Origin: Polynucleobacter sp.
GTDB taxonomy: Bacteria > Pseudomonadota > Gammaproteobacteria > Burkholderiales > Burkholderiaceae
DNA: 64,000 nt
Reading direction: 5' to 3'
Assembly (NCBI RefSeq): GCF_018500155.2
Contig: NZ_JAHBAK020000026.1
Coordinates: 387 to 64,386, forward strand
Of the stretch, positions 8,043 to 18,835 are shown one piece after another (within the stretch, counting starts at the first letter, position 1; each line of letters starts with the position of its first letter). Below the pieces are notes generated by a model. The model saw nothing but the letters and a program-made list of their open reading frames with translations. It had not been told where the DNA came from and searched no databases. The translations under genes were made by a program, and so were the position numbers.

Positions 8043-9242
8043 TTAAGCGTAGCGACGTAATCTTAATGAGAAGTCGCGCAAGCTTTTTAAGCCACTGTCT
8101 TCGGCGCGCTGACACCAAGCATGTAATTGAGACAACAATTGCTCACGTGTTGCGCTAGAGCGACCCCAGATGGCCTGCAGTTCACGGCGCATCTCAATCA
8201 TCTTTCTTAACTGCGCATTAGTAGCCATTAACTCTTCTAGCTTTTGCTTTTCTTCTTCGCTTAAACGCGTTTCATCCTTTGATAACCAAACGCGTGCGTC
8301 ACTCAAATGCGCTGCGAGCACTTGCATATGCTGCACTTCATTATTAAAGAAAGCGCGCAATGTCTTACTGTAACGCGCCATGATTTCATAACGATTGGCA
8401 ATGATGGCTTCTAAAGTATTTTGATCAGCAGGTCGCAAATCACTTAGCACTGGTTTTGGCGGCGTCTTCTTCACGGAAGCCAAACCAACCTTACTCATCA
8501 TTTGAATGTAGAGCCAGCCAATATCAAACTCATACCATTTATTAGAGAGCTTAGCGCTAGTGGCATAAGTGTGGTGATTGTTATGCAACTCTTCGCCACC
8601 AATCAAAATACCCCACGGAAAAATATTGGTGGAAGAATCTTCGCAATCGAAATTACGGTAACCCCAATAGTGGCCAATGCCATTAATGATTCCGGCTGCT
8701 GTAATTGGAATCCATAACATTTGTACCGCCCATACTGTGAGACCAATCGCGCCAAACAAGAACACATCGATGATGAGCATGATGGCAACGCCTTGCCAAG
8801 AAAACTTGGAATACACATTGCGCTCTAGCCAATCATCAGGCGTACCATGACCATACTTTTCTAGTGTTTCCTGATTTTTTGCTTCCTTTTTGTAAAGCTC
8901 GGCACCGCGCGATAAAACAGTTCCAATACCCAAGATTTGTGGGCTATGAGGATCATCTACCGTTTCACATTTGGCGTGGTGCTTGCGATGAATGGAGGCC
9001 CATTCCTTTGTCACCATACCGGTAGTTAGCCACAGCCATAAACGGAAAAAATGAGAGGCGATTGGATGCAGATCCAAAGCGCGATGCGCCTGGCAGCGAT
9101 GTAAAAAAATGGTGACTGATGCAATAGTGATGTGGGTGAGCACCAAGGTGAACAACGTAATTTGCCACCAAGACCAATCTAGATATCCATGCGCCAACCA
9201 GTTGAGAAAACCATCAAAACCTGAGCTTAAAACTGTATTCAA
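8043..9242 (-). CDS. desA: Membrane fatty acid desaturase, DesA-like (delta-9 type), with a C-terminal helical domain
   Basis: Three His boxes HRCQAH, HRKHH, HNNHH, plus GHYWG; N-terminal TM segments; TTG start. Confidence 0.82.
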   Translation of the reverse strand: MNTVLSSGFDGFLNWLAHGYLDWSWWQITLFTLVLTHITIASVTIFLHRCQAHRALDLHPIASHFFRLWLWLTTGMVTKEWASIHRKHHAKCETVDDPHSPQILGIGTVLSRGAELYKKEAKNQETLEKYGHGTPDDWLERNVYSKFSWQGVAIMLIIDVFLFGAIGLTVWAVQMLWIPITAAGIINGIGHYWGYRNFDCEDSSTNIFPWGILIGGEELHNNHHTYATSAKLSNKWYEFDIGWLYIQMMSKVGLASVKKTPPKPVLSDLRPADQNTLEAIIANRYEIMARYSKTLRAFFNNEVQHMQVLAAHLSDARVWLSKDETRLSEEEKQKLEELMATNAQLRKMIEMRRELQAIWGRSSATREQLLSQLHAWCQRAEDSGLKSLRDFSLRLRRYA

Positions 9243-9284
9243 AAGAGCATCCTAATTAAGTATTAGCTTCTATTTTAGTGTTTT

Positions 9285-10829
9285 TTAGCCTTTTTTGGGC
9301 TTATCTTTCGTTATCTCTGGGGTTTTAGTCTTTTCAGGATTATCGGGTTTGCCACCCTTTTTCTGAAAAATGGCTCCAAAAAACCCATCCGTTCCATGAA
9401 TATGAGGCCACAACTGCCACCATGGATTCTCTGTAGAACATCCCAATGGTAATTTATCCTTTGGAAACAATGACTTAAGAACATCTGCGGCCGGAATTGC
9501 CTCAAATTCTGGGTGTTTTAACAAAAATTCCTCAGCGATGACTTGGTTTTCTTGGGGCAAAAGACTGCAAGTTGCGTAAACCAAGCGTCCGCCGGGTTTT
9601 AAAAGACGGGCAGCAGAAGTCAAAATGCTCATTTGCTTCTGATTGAGCTCACCAACCCCTTCTGGAGTTTGGCGCCACTTTAAATCAGGGTTTCGACGCA
9701 ATGTACCCATTCCGCTACAAGGGGCATCCACAAGAACTCGATCAATCTTGCCAGCCAACCGCTTGATCTTGGCATCGTTTTCACTATCAATCCAAACTGG
9801 GTGAACATTAGAAAGTCCACTGCGGGCTTGTCTTGGCTTTAAATTGGCCAAGCGACGCTCTGATGTGTCAAAGGCATAGAGGCGCCCAGTAGATCGCATC
9901 AGTGCGCCAATAGCGAGCGTCTTGCCGCCGGCTCCAGCACAAAAATCGACCACCATCTCTCCACGTTTAGGGGCTAGCAAGTACGCTAAAAGTTGACTGC
10001 CTTCATCTTGCACTTCGAACATGCCAGCCTTAAATCCCGCTGTATTTTGTAAGGCAGGCTTACCCATGATGCGCACACCATCAGGTGCATAAGGAGTGGG
10101 TACTGCTTGATAACGTCCGCCTAGCGCATTCATCTGCGCCAATAATTCTTCGCGGTTTGTTTTCATTGTGTTCGCACGCAAATCTAAAAGTGCAGGATGC
10201 ATTAATGATTTTGCAAGTGCTTCTCGTGTTTCCTCACCGGGATACCTACCAAATGCTTCCCATAACCATTCTGGCAAATTGTTACGCACCAAAGGATTTA
10301 ATGCAGCGGGGTCGACCGTTGAAAATCGCTGTAGCCATTCATATTCACCAGCCTTCAAGACGTGAGCTAAATCAGCAATTGCACTCTCAGCGCGGTTACC
10401 TGAACCCAAGCCACCTTCAGAGAGAGCGGACAGCAAACCCAATAGGGCTAAGCGTCTAGCCTGGGAGCCCTCTCCGCTAGCTGCAAATTGAGAAAACTCA
10501 TTTTTACGACGCAAAATCGCAAAGGCACCCTCTGCGATTAACGCGCGATCGCGATTGCCTAGCTGTGGCTCCGAACGAAAATAGCGACTCACTACACGAT
10601 CAGCGGGCTGATCAAAACGCAATAATTCTGGGAGCAATCTCTCGAGATGAATGGCATGCTGAGGCAACGCTTTAGCATGAGAAAAATTTTTCTGTCCTTC
10701 AGGCGCAATCAAATTACCGCTAGCGTTACGCCTTTCTGGGCGACGCAATGGATCTTTAGACTTAGTGGCATAGCTCTTTTGAGGACCCAATCGTTTATTG
10801 GGTTTTTTGCTTGGACGTTCTATGCTCAT
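9285..10829 (-). CDS. RsmB/NOP-family RNA cytosine-C5 methyltransferase
   Basis: VQDEGSQL, DFCAGAGGKT, LVDAPCSGMG, VYATCSLL..EN (both catalytic Cys); start overlaps the purN stop (ATGA). Confidence 0.88.
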   Translation of the reverse strand: MSIERPSKKPNKRLGPQKSYATKSKDPLRRPERRNASGNLIAPEGQKNFSHAKALPQHAIHLERLLPELLRFDQPADRVVSRYFRSEPQLGNRDRALIAEGAFAILRRKNEFSQFAASGEGSQARRLALLGLLSALSEGGLGSGNRAESAIADLAHVLKAGEYEWLQRFSTVDPAALNPLVRNNLPEWLWEAFGRYPGEETREALAKSLMHPALLDLRANTMKTNREELLAQMNALGGRYQAVPTPYAPDGVRIMGKPALQNTAGFKAGMFEVQDEGSQLLAYLLAPKRGEMVVDFCAGAGGKTLAIGALMRSTGRLYAFDTSERRLANLKPRQARSGLSNVHPVWIDSENDAKIKRLAGKIDRVLVDAPCSGMGTLRRNPDLKWRQTPEGVGELNQKQMSILTSAARLLKPGGRLVYATCSLLPQENQVIAEEFLLKHPEFEAIPAADVLKSLFPKDKLPLGCSTENPWWQLWPHIHGTDGFFGAIFQKKGGKPDNPEKTKTPEITKDKPKKG

Positions 10830-11455
10830 AATTTAAAAAATTGCGACTCCGGGGGTTCTAATTTCACTTGATTACCTTCAATGCGCAATCGTCCATCAAG
10901 AAACCATTTTACGGCCCGAGGATAAATCTGATGCTCAGCAGTCAAAACTCGTGCGGCTAAGGTATCAGCATCATCCCCTGCCAAAACAGGCACTGATGCT
11001 TGGCAAATAATAGGCCCTTCATCCACGCCCTCGTTCACAAAATGCACGGTGGCACCATGTTCTTTGACGCCAGCCTCTAGAGCCCGCTCATGGGTATGCA
11101 GACCTGGGAACGCGGGCAAAAGCGCGGGGTGAATATTGATGAGGCGCCCCTCAAAATGCCGAATAAAGGTGGGGGTCAGAATCCTCATAAACCCGGCGAG
11201 GACGACCAAATCGGCACCCAACTCATCAATTTTCCGGATTAGAGCTGCATCAAAAGACTCGCGGCTGGGATATTCCTTATGCTCAATAGCATATGCTGGA
11301 ATGCCCTGCGAGCGAGCAAATTCAAGGCCTTTAGCCGCAGAATGATTTGCGATAACCCCAGCAAATTTCACGGGCCACTGCTCTTTTTGAGCTGTTTTGA
11401 CGATGGCCTCGAAATTGGATCCGCGGCCTGAGATTAAGGTAACGATAGAAAGCAT
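10826..11455 (-). CDS. purN: Phosphoribosylglycinamide formyltransferase
   Basis: ISGRGSNFEAI, VVLAGFMRIL, INIHPALLP.FPGLH, HGATVHFV; ATG 11455 preferred over GTG 11461. Confidence 0.96.
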   Translation of the reverse strand: MLSIVTLISGRGSNFEAIVKTAQKEQWPVKFAGVIANHSAAKGLEFARSQGIPAYAIEHKEYPSRESFDAALIRKIDELGADLVVLAGFMRILTPTFIRHFEGRLINIHPALLPAFPGLHTHERALEAGVKEHGATVHFVNEGVDEGPIICQASVPVLAGDDADTLAARVLTAEHQIYPRAVKWFLDGRLRIEGNQVKLEPPESQFFKL

Positions 11456-11461
11456 GCCCAC

Positions 11462-11469
11462 AATATAAT
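11462..11469. promoter_or_regulatory. Overlapping divergent -10 elements for purN (TATATT, minus) and ribF (TATAAT, plus)
   Basis: The plus-strand AATATAAT reads TATAAT at 11464-11469 (+) and TATATT at 11462-11467 (-); the latter is 6 nt from the purN ATG. Confidence 0.45.
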
Positions 11470-11494
11470 TGATGGCTACCCTGAAAGCGATTTT

Positions 11495-12445
11495 GTGAAC
11501 GTATTCCGTGGCCCGACCCAGTTTTCTGCAGGACCTGCTTGTGCCCTAACCATTGGTAATTTTGATGGCGTGCACAGGGGTCATCGCGCCCTTCTCAAAC
11601 AACTGGTTGATGGCGCCAAAGAGCGGGGTCTGGTCAGCTGCGTCATGACTTTTGAGCCCCACCCCAAAGAATTTTTCTCCCCAGAACAGGCCCCTCCACG
11701 CATTCTGAACTTACGAGATAAATTAGTAGCCTTAGCCGACCTCGGAATTGATCGAGTTGTAGTTGAGCATTTCAATAGCGCATTCGCCAGGCTTTCTCCC
11801 GATGAATTTGTATCTGAAATCATCGTTAAGCGACTTAATACGAAATGGATTTTGATCGGCGACGACTTTTGTTACGGAGCAAAACGGGCTGGTAATTTTG
11901 CTAGCCTTAAGGCGGCTGGTGAAAAATATGGCTTCGAGGTTTCCAGTATTCACACTGTCTTAGAGGATGGCGAGCGTATTTCAAGTTCAGCATTGCGCAC
12001 TGCTCTTGCCAATGGCGATATGCAGCAAGCTGAAAAATTATTGGGGCGACCATATGGAATTTCTGGTCATGTTATTCACGGACAACAACTGGGGCGTCAA
12101 TTAGGTTTCCCAACGTTGAACTTAGCCGTTGCTAATCACCTCCATCATCGTAAGCCAGCCACTACTGGAATCTTCACTGCTCGAGTATTGGGCCTTGGCC
12201 CAGAACCTCTACCAGCCGTGGCTAGCCTAGGTGTACGGCCTACCGTTGAAGATGAAGGACGCGTGCTTTTAGAAACACACATCTTTGATTTTGAGCAAGA
12301 TGTTTACGGAAAAATTATCACCGTTGAACTCTTAGAAAAAATTCGTGACGAGGCCAAGTACGATGACCTCGACACACTTACAAAAGCCATCGCTGCTGAC
12401 GCGATGCATGCCAGAAATTATTTCCAGAAAAAAGCATATGTCTGA
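11495..12445 (+). CDS. ribF: Bifunctional riboflavin kinase / FAD synthetase
   Basis: [43 protein letters not shown]; GTG start. Confidence 0.96.
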   Translation: MNVFRGPTQFSAGPACALTIGNFDGVHRGHRALLKQLVDGAKERGLVSCVMTFEPHPKEFFSPEQAPPRILNLRDKLVALADLGIDRVVVEHFNSAFARLSPDEFVSEIIVKRLNTKWILIGDDFCYGAKRAGNFASLKAAGEKYGFEVSSIHTVLEDGERISSSALRTALANGDMQQAEKLLGRPYGISGHVIHGQQLGRQLGFPTLNLAVANHLHHRKPATTGIFTARVLGLGPEPLPAVASLGVRPTVEDEGRVLLETHIFDFEQDVYGKIITVELLEKIRDEAKYDDLDTLTKAIAADAMHARNYFQKKAYV

Positions 12446-15299
12446 AAAAGAAAATTCTTATCCCGTCAATCTTTTAGATACTGCATTTCCAATGCGAGGC
12501 GATCTTGCTAAACGCGAGCCCCAATGGGTTGCTCAATGGCAAAAAAATAAACTTTACGAAAAGATTCGCGCTGCACATGCAGGCCAACCAAAATTTATTT
12601 TGCATGATGGCCCCCCTTATGCAAACGGTGATATTCATATTGGTCATGCCGTTAACAAGATTTTGAAAGACATGATTGTCAAATCTCGTTGGCTACTGGG
12701 ATATGACTCTGCTTATGTTCCGGGCTGGGATTGCCACGGCATGCCAATTGAGATTCAGATCGAAAAACAATTTGGTAAAAATCTTCCGACTGCAGAGGTG
12801 CAAGCCAAAGCCCGCGCCTACGCCCAAGTCCAGGTCGACAAACAAAAGAAAGACTTTGAGCGCCTTGGTGTGTTGGGGGACTGGAATAACCCGTACCTCA
12901 CCATGAATTATCGTAATGAGGCCGATGAAATTCGTGCGCTAGGCAAGATTTGGGAAAAAGGCTACGTTTTCCGTGGTTTAAAACCCGTAAATTGGTGTTT
13001 TGATTGCGGCTCTGCACTTGCAGAAGCCGAAGTGGAATATCAAGACAAAACGGATCCTACGGTGGATGTTGGTTTTGCGTTTGATGATGCACAACGCCCA
13101 CAACTGGCCAAAGCATTTGGACTTTCCGAGCTCCCTAATAAGCCAGGACAAATAGTGATTTGGACAACAACGCCCTGGACTATTCCCGCGAATCAGGCAC
13201 TCAATGTTCATCCAGAAGTTATCTATGCTCTAGTAGATGCTGGAGACAAGTTACTGATTCTTGCAAAAGATCGTGCACAAACGTGTCTTGAGGATTACGA
13301 CCTTGAGGGTGAAGTCATTGCAACTTGCTCTGGCGCCCAGTTAGCAAACATTTCTTTTTGGCATCCTCTAGCCCCATTGCATGATGGCTACAAACGTTTA
13401 TCACCGATTTATCCGGCTGAGTACGTAACACTTGATACGGGTACCGGCATTGTTCACTCGGCTCCAGCCTATGGCGAAGAAGATTTTAAATCCTGCAAAG
13501 CAAACAAACTGGCTGATAAAGATATTCTCAACCCGGTAATGGGCAATGGTGTCTATGCATCTTGGCTGCCTCTTTTTGCCAATGAATATATTTGGAAGGC
13601 GAATCCCAAAATTGTTGAGGCAATGCGAGAAGCCGGTAGCTTATTTCGTGATAAAACTTACACTCACTCCTATATGCATTGCTGGCGCCACAAGTCGCCC
13701 ATTATTTATCGCGCTACTTCGCAGTGGTTTGCCAGCATGGATAAAAAGCCATCTGATGGTAAAGCCAGTTTGCGTGAGACTGCATTAGCAGGCATTGATA
13801 GCACTGATTTCTTCCCAGCATGGGGCAAGCAACGCTTACATAGCATGATTGCCAATCGCCCCGATTGGACTTTGTCACGTCAGCGCCAGTGGGGCGTACC
13901 AATGGCCTTCTTTGTGCATAAAGAAACGGGTGATCCACATCCTCGCACCACTGAATTACTGGAGGAGGTTGCTAAGCGAGTTGAAATTGGCGGTATTGAA
14001 GCATGGCAACAACTAGAAGTTGCTGAATTACTCGGTGATGAGGCTGCCCAATACGAAAAAAATCGTGACACCCTAGATGTTTGGTTTGACTCTGGTACTA
14101 CCCATTGGCATGTAATCCGCGGCTCACATCGCGATGAGCTACTGACCGCAGACGCACAAACACCCGCTGGTCGATTAGCAGATCTTTACCTTGAGGGTTC
14201 AGATCAACATCGTGGTTGGTTCCATTCCTCCCTGCTCACTGGCGCTATGTTGGACGGCAAGCCCCCATACAAAGCGCTCCTCACTCACGGCTTTACCGTT
14301 GATGGTCAAGGTCGCAAAATGAGCAAATCAGTAGGTAACGTGATTGCACCTCAACAGGTAGCTGACAAGCTCGGGGCTGAAATTATTCGACTTTGGGTTG
14401 CCTCCACTGACTATTCAGGTGAAATGACTATCTCGGATGAAATTCTCAAACGGGTCACCGAAAGCTATCGTCGCATTCGCAATACCCTTCGCTTCTTACT
14501 GGCCAATTTATCTGATTTTGATCCCACCAAGGATGCCTTACCGACTGATCAATGGCTGGAGATTGATCGCTACGCAGTTGCGCTTGCAAGTCAGTTACAA
14601 AGCGACATCGAAGCACACTACAAAGCTTATGAATTCCACCCAGCGGTAGCGAGAATGCTGACCTTCTGTTCAGAAGATCTAGGTGGTTTCTATCTCGATA
14701 TCCTCAAGGATCGCCTCTACACTAGCGCACCCAATTCTCCTGATCGTAGGGCTGCTCAAAATGCTCTGTTCCATATCACTCGCAACCTATTGAAATGGCT
14801 ATCACCTTTCCTCTCTTTTACTGCCGAGGAAGCATGGCAATCATTCCCACACGGCTCAGGCACTAAGCCATCAGAATCGATTTTCATGGAAGAGTTTGAC
14901 CCCCTGCCCAGCATCGCTCATGCCGATGAATTATTGGCTAAATGGAACCGGATACGCGAGATTCGCTCAGAAGTGACCAAGGCTATTGAAATTGAACGTG
15001 AAGCTGGAAATGTAGGCTCATCACTGCAAGCAGAACTCACCATTAAAGTGGGAGATGTAGACTTTGCAATCTTACATTCACTAGAAAATGATCTACGCTT
15101 TGTCACGATTACCTCGAGTGCGAATATCGAACTTAGCAATGACGGCTTAGAAGTATTAGTGAAAGCTAGCCAATTCCAAAAATGTGGACGCTGCTGGCAC
15201 CACACCAAAGATGTAGGTAGCAATGCAAAATACTCTGATCTTTGTGGCCGCTGCATCAGCAACCTCTTTGGCGATGGCGATCATCGACTGTTTGCGTAA
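12438..15299 (+). CDS. ileS: Isoleucine--tRNA ligase (type 1, C-terminal Zn finger)
   Basis: [21 protein letters not shown]-terminal CGRC...CGRC; start at ATG 12438 (MSEKENSY), overlapping the ribF end. Confidence 0.97.
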   Translation: MSEKENSYPVNLLDTAFPMRGDLAKREPQWVAQWQKNKLYEKIRAAHAGQPKFILHDGPPYANGDIHIGHAVNKILKDMIVKSRWLLGYDSAYVPGWDCHGMPIEIQIEKQFGKNLPTAEVQAKARAYAQVQVDKQKKDFERLGVLGDWNNPYLTMNYRNEADEIRALGKIWEKGYVFRGLKPVNWCFDCGSALAEAEVEYQDKTDPTVDVGFAFDDAQRPQLAKAFGLSELPNKPGQIVIWTTTPWTIPANQALNVHPEVIYALVDAGDKLLILAKDRAQTCLEDYDLEGEVIATCSGAQLANISFWHPLAPLHDGYKRLSPIYPAEYVTLDTGTGIVHSAPAYGEEDFKSCKANKLADKDILNPVMGNGVYASWLPLFANEYIWKANPKIVEAMREAGSLFRDKTYTHSYMHCWRHKSPIIYRATSQWFASMDKKPSDGKASLRETALAGIDSTDFFPAWGKQRLHSMIANRPDWTLSRQRQWGVPMAFFVHKETGDPHPRTTELLEEVAKRVEIGGIEAWQQLEVAELLGDEAAQYEKNRDTLDVWFDSGTTHWHVIRGSHRDELLTADAQTPAGRLADLYLEGSDQHRGWFHSSLLTGAMLDGKPPYKALLTHGFTVDGQGRKMSKSVGNVIAPQQVADKLGAEIIRLWVASTDYSGEMTISDEILKRVTESYRRIRNTLRFLLANLSDFDPTKDALPTDQWLEIDRYAVALASQLQSDIEAHYKAYEFHPAVARMLTFCSEDLGGFYLDILKDRLYTSAPNSPDRRAAQNALFHITRNLLKWLSPFLSFTAEEAWQSFPHGSGTKPSESIFMEEFDPLPSIAHADELLAKWNRIREIRSEVTKAIEIEREAGNVGSSLQAELTIKVGDVDFAILHSLENDLRFVTITSSANIELSNDGLEVLVKASQFQKCGRCWHHTKDVGSNAKYSDLCGRCISNLFGDGDHRLFA

Positions 15300-15322
15300 A
15301 ACCCAATTCCCGATACCGACCA

Positions 15323-15799
15323 ATGCTTCGTTACCTTGCAATTGCTACCCTGACTTTGCTACTAGATCAGCTTAGCAAATGGTCGGCATTAAGCAATCTG
15401 CAATTGGGCGTTCCTGAGCCTGTTCTGCCATTTCTCAATTGGCTATTGCTATTTAATCCTGGCGCTGCATTTTCTTTTCTGGCGCAAGGCTCTGGATGGC
15501 AACGTTGGTTCTTTACCATTCTCGGAATTCTGGCGAGCGTCTATATCATTTATTTGCTACGTAAAAGCCTTGAAGATAAATTGCTCTGCGTTGCCTTAAG
15601 CCTGATTTTAGGTGGCGCACTTGGCAATGTTATCGATCGCATCATGTATGGTGCCGTTGTTGACTTTATCGACTTATATTATGCAAATTGGCACTGGCCA
15701 GCCTTTAATGTGGCTGATAGTGCTATTTGCGTTGGTGCAGCGCTCATCATTTATAGTGAATTGCGTAAGTCATTTGGCAAATCCGCCCAATCCCATTAA
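15323..15799 (+). CDS. lspA: Lipoprotein signal peptidase II
   Basis: NPGAAFSFL, LGNVIDRI, VVDFI, WPAFNVADSAI; start at ATG 15323 (MLRYLA). Confidence 0.95.
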   Translation: MLRYLAIATLTLLLDQLSKWSALSNLQLGVPEPVLPFLNWLLLFNPGAAFSFLAQGSGWQRWFFTILGILASVYIIYLLRKSLEDKLLCVALSLILGGALGNVIDRIMYGAVVDFIDLYYANWHWPAFNVADSAICVGAALIIYSELRKSFGKSAQSH

Positions 15800-15808
15800 G
15801 CTGGCGCC

Positions 15809-17020
15809 ATGCAATCACTTTTAAACAAAAAAATCGTTCTGGGCATATCGGGTGGCATTGCCGCCTATAAGACTCCTGAGCTTGCACGCCTATTGATGCA
15901 GGAAGGCGCCTCAGTGCAAGTGGTTATGACAGAAGCTGCTCATCAATTTGTGACCCCAGTCACAATGCAGGCAGTCACAGGCAATCCCGTATTTACGAGT
16001 CAATGGGATAACTCCATTGCAAACAATATGGCGCATATTGAGCTATCTCGCTCTGCGGACGTGATTTTAATTGCGCCAACGAGTGCTGATCTGATGGCAA
16101 AACTCTCCCTTGGCCTGGCAGATGATTTGCTCAGCACTTTATGTTTAGCAAGGGATTGTCCTTTGCTAATTGCCCCTGCAATGAATAAACAAATGTGGGA
16201 GCACTCTGCCACCCAGAGAAGTGTTGAGCGTCTCGAACAAGATGGCGTCGGTTTACTTGGCCCAGCCAGTGGTTTTCAAGCTTGCGGAGAAGTGGGCATG
16301 GGTCGTATGCTCGAACCGGCAGAAATTACAGAACAAGTCATCGCTTTTTTTCAAAAGAAAGTGTTACTTGGGAAAAAAATCGTCATTACTGCAGGACCCA
16401 CATTTGAGGCAATCGATCCCGTACGTGGAATTACAAACCATAGCTCAGGAAAAATGGGTTTTGCAATTGCTAAAGCGGCCCTAGAAGCTGGTGCACAGGT
16501 CCATCTCATTGCTGGCCCTTGTGAATTACCCACACCACTAGAAGCTACTGGAAAAATCACTCGCACTAACGTTGTGAGCGCTAAAGAAATGCATGCGGCG
16601 GCTTTGAGCGAAATGGATTGTGATGTATTTTTTGCTGTTGCCGCAGTAGCAGATTGGGGCATTGCTAAGCCAGCCAAAGAGAAAATCAAGCGGCAGGGCA
16701 AAGAAGCCCCCACTATTGAATTTGTTGCGAACCCCGACATATTGCAAGATGTTGCCAAGACGGCCAAAAACAAAGGGGGTAAACCTTTACCTTACTGCGT
16801 TGGTTTTGCCGCAGAATCTAGCGACCTCGAAAAACATGCTGACGAGAAACGCAAACGCAAGGGTATTCCAATGATTGTTGGCAATATTGGGCCAGATACA
16901 TTTGGTAGCGATCTCAATCAACTGCTCGTGATAGATGATAGTGGCAGCAAAAAATTGGCCAAGGCTGAAAAATTACAGTTAGCACGCCAACTCATCGCAC
17001 TAGTCGCTAAGAAAATTTAA
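15809..17020 (+). CDS. coaBC: Bifunctional phosphopantothenoylcysteine decarboxylase / phosphopantothenate--cysteine ligase
   Basis: [53 protein letters not shown]. Confidence 0.96.
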   Translation: MQSLLNKKIVLGISGGIAAYKTPELARLLMQEGASVQVVMTEAAHQFVTPVTMQAVTGNPVFTSQWDNSIANNMAHIELSRSADVILIAPTSADLMAKLSLGLADDLLSTLCLARDCPLLIAPAMNKQMWEHSATQRSVERLEQDGVGLLGPASGFQACGEVGMGRMLEPAEITEQVIAFFQKKVLLGKKIVITAGPTFEAIDPVRGITNHSSGKMGFAIAKAALEAGAQVHLIAGPCELPTPLEATGKITRTNVVSAKEMHAAALSEMDCDVFFAVAAVADWGIAKPAKEKIKRQGKEAPTIEFVANPDILQDVAKTAKNKGGKPLPYCVGFAAESSDLEKHADEKRKRKGIPMIVGNIGPDTFGSDLNQLLVIDDSGSKKLAKAEKLQLARQLIALVAKKI

Positions 17021-17057
17021 GTCTCGTTTTTTATTATTCCCAGTTTTAGGAAAATCT

Positions 17058-17507
17058 ATGCAATCACTACAGGTCAAAATTCTCGACGAACGTATGCGCA
17101 CTCAATTGCCAACATATGGCACACCCGGCAGTGCTGGACTGGATTTGCGCGCTTGCATAGATGAGACAATTGAGATTGCCCCTGGTCAAACCGTCTTGGT
17201 TCCTACGGGCCTAGCGATCTATGTAGAAGATCCACGCTACGCTGCATTCATACTGCCTCGCTCAGGCCTTGGCCATAAACATGGCATCGTCCTAGGCAAT
17301 TTGGTTGGCTTAATTGACTCAGATTACCAAGGCCAATTGATGGTGAGCACCTGGAACCGTGGCTCAACCCCCTTTAAACTAGAGCCCATGGAACGTCTGG
17401 CTCAACTGGTGGTGATGCCCGTTCAGCAAGTAGAGCTCAAAGTAGTTGAGGAGTTCACTGAGAGCAGTCGCGGCGCAGGCGGATTTGGCAGCACCGGTAG
17501 AAGCTAA
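17058..17507 (+). CDS. dut: dUTP diphosphatase
   Basis: [31 protein letters not shown]; SD AGGA. Confidence 0.98.
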   Translation: MQSLQVKILDERMRTQLPTYGTPGSAGLDLRACIDETIEIAPGQTVLVPTGLAIYVEDPRYAAFILPRSGLGHKHGIVLGNLVGLIDSDYQGQLMVSTWNRGSTPFKLEPMERLAQLVVMPVQQVELKVVEEFTESSRGAGGFGSTGRS

Positions 17508-17518
17508 TTCCCCATAAA

Positions 17519-17545
17519 TCAATCGGCGCCTAGGGCGCCGATTGA
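17519..17545. terminator. Hairpin between convergent dut and the symporter gene
   Basis: 12-bp stem TCAATCGGCGCC / GGCGCCGATTGA, 3-nt loop; an A-rich run on its right gives a U-rich tail for the minus strand. Confidence 0.65.
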
Positions 17546-17572
17546 AGAATATAAAAAAGATAACGAACCTAT

Positions 17573-18820
17573 TTATCCAGAATGTGAGTGATGGGGATCT
17601 AATTCACCCTCCCATTTGGAGATCACAGCAGTTGCCAGACCATTTCCTAATACATTGGTAGCAGAGCGCGCCATATCTAGGAAATGATCAATCCCTAGAA
17701 TTAATAAAACACCGGCCTCAGGCAAATTAAATTGCGAGAGCGTTGCCGCAATCACTACTAGCGAAGCTCGCGGCACACCGGCAATACCCTTGGAAGTAAT
17801 CATCAATACCAAAAGCATTAACAATTGCTGAGATAAGGGCATATCAATGGAGTAGACCTGCGCAATAAAAACGGCAGCAAAAGAGCAATACATCATTGAA
17901 CCATCAAGATTAAAAGAGTAGCCAATAGGTAATACAAATGAAGCAATCTTATTTTTGCAACCAAAGCGCTCTACTTGCTCCAGGGTCATTGGATAAGCAG
18001 CCTCAGAGCTTGCAGTAGTAAAAGCAAGCAAAATGGGTTGACGCAACATGGATACCAAGTGGAATGTACGCGCCTTTAGCACTAATGCGCTAATAAAAAT
18101 AATTGCGAGCCATAACATCAAAATTGACAGATAAAAACTACCCATAAATCTGCCATAAGTTACCAAAATATCGAGGCCATTTGCCGCAATGACTGTTGAT
18201 ACAGCAGCAAATACAGCCACTGGCGCAAATTTCATGACAGCAGTCGTAATCTTGAGCATGATGTGAGAAAGCATATCGAGGTTACGAATAAATTCTTCAG
18301 CTCGATTACCAAAACTGCCTGCCGCAACACCAAAAAACACAGCAAAGACTACGATTTGCAAAATTTCGTTTTTGCCCATCGCATCAAAAATACTGCTTGG
18401 GAAAATATGCTGCACAAAATGACGCAAATTAAAGCCGCTCTTATCTATCCCCGAACTAGCGCTGATTTCCGGTATAGGTAAATTCACGCCAATACCTGGC
18501 TCCAAAAGATTAACCATCAGCAAACCGAGCAGTAAGGAAACAAAAGACATGGAAATAAACCATCCAAACGTCTTAAGACCAACGCGCCCTATCGTTGCCG
18601 CATCTCCCATTCTGGAGATACCCACTACTAACGTACTAAATACCAACGGCGCAATAATCATTTTGATTAAGCGCAAAAACACGTCTGTGAGAACCGAAAC
18701 ATACTCCACGTACTGCACCGCAAATCCTGACGCCGTACCGTGAGCAAAAACAAGATATCCCACAATGATTCCCAGAATCATTGCGCCAAGGATAAAGTGG
18801 GTTAATTTTTTAGATGTCAT
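17573..18820 (-). CDS. Dicarboxylate/amino acid:cation symporter (DAACS family, GltP/DctA-like)
   Basis: FLRLIKMIIAPLVF, AFTTASSEAAYP, FVLPIGYSFNLDGS, DHFLDMARSATNVLGN signatures. Confidence 0.92.
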   Translation of the reverse strand: MTSKKLTHFILGAMILGIIVGYLVFAHGTASGFAVQYVEYVSVLTDVFLRLIKMIIAPLVFSTLVVGISRMGDAATIGRVGLKTFGWFISMSFVSLLLGLLMVNLLEPGIGVNLPIPEISASSGIDKSGFNLRHFVQHIFPSSIFDAMGKNEILQIVVFAVFFGVAAGSFGNRAEEFIRNLDMLSHIMLKITTAVMKFAPVAVFAAVSTVIAANGLDILVTYGRFMGSFYLSILMLWLAIIFISALVLKARTFHLVSMLRQPILLAFTTASSEAAYPMTLEQVERFGCKNKIASFVLPIGYSFNLDGSMMYCSFAAVFIAQVYSIDMPLSQQLLMLLVLMITSKGIAGVPRASLVVIAATLSQFNLPEAGVLLILGIDHFLDMARSATNVLGNGLATAVISKWEGELDPHHSHSG

Positions 18821-18835
18821 TGTTATCCTTGTGAG

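Noticed and set aside
8043-9242. Calling the desaturase gene a transposase or IS insertion
   Set aside because: Three intact desaturase His boxes, a single continuous ORF, no DDE catalytic context, and no inverted repeats or target duplications.
6234-15799. Split of the E. coli ribF-ileS-lspA-fkpB-ispH operon into two oppositely oriented units
   Set aside because: To my knowledge this is the ordinary Burkholderiales arrangement, not a novel rearrangement.
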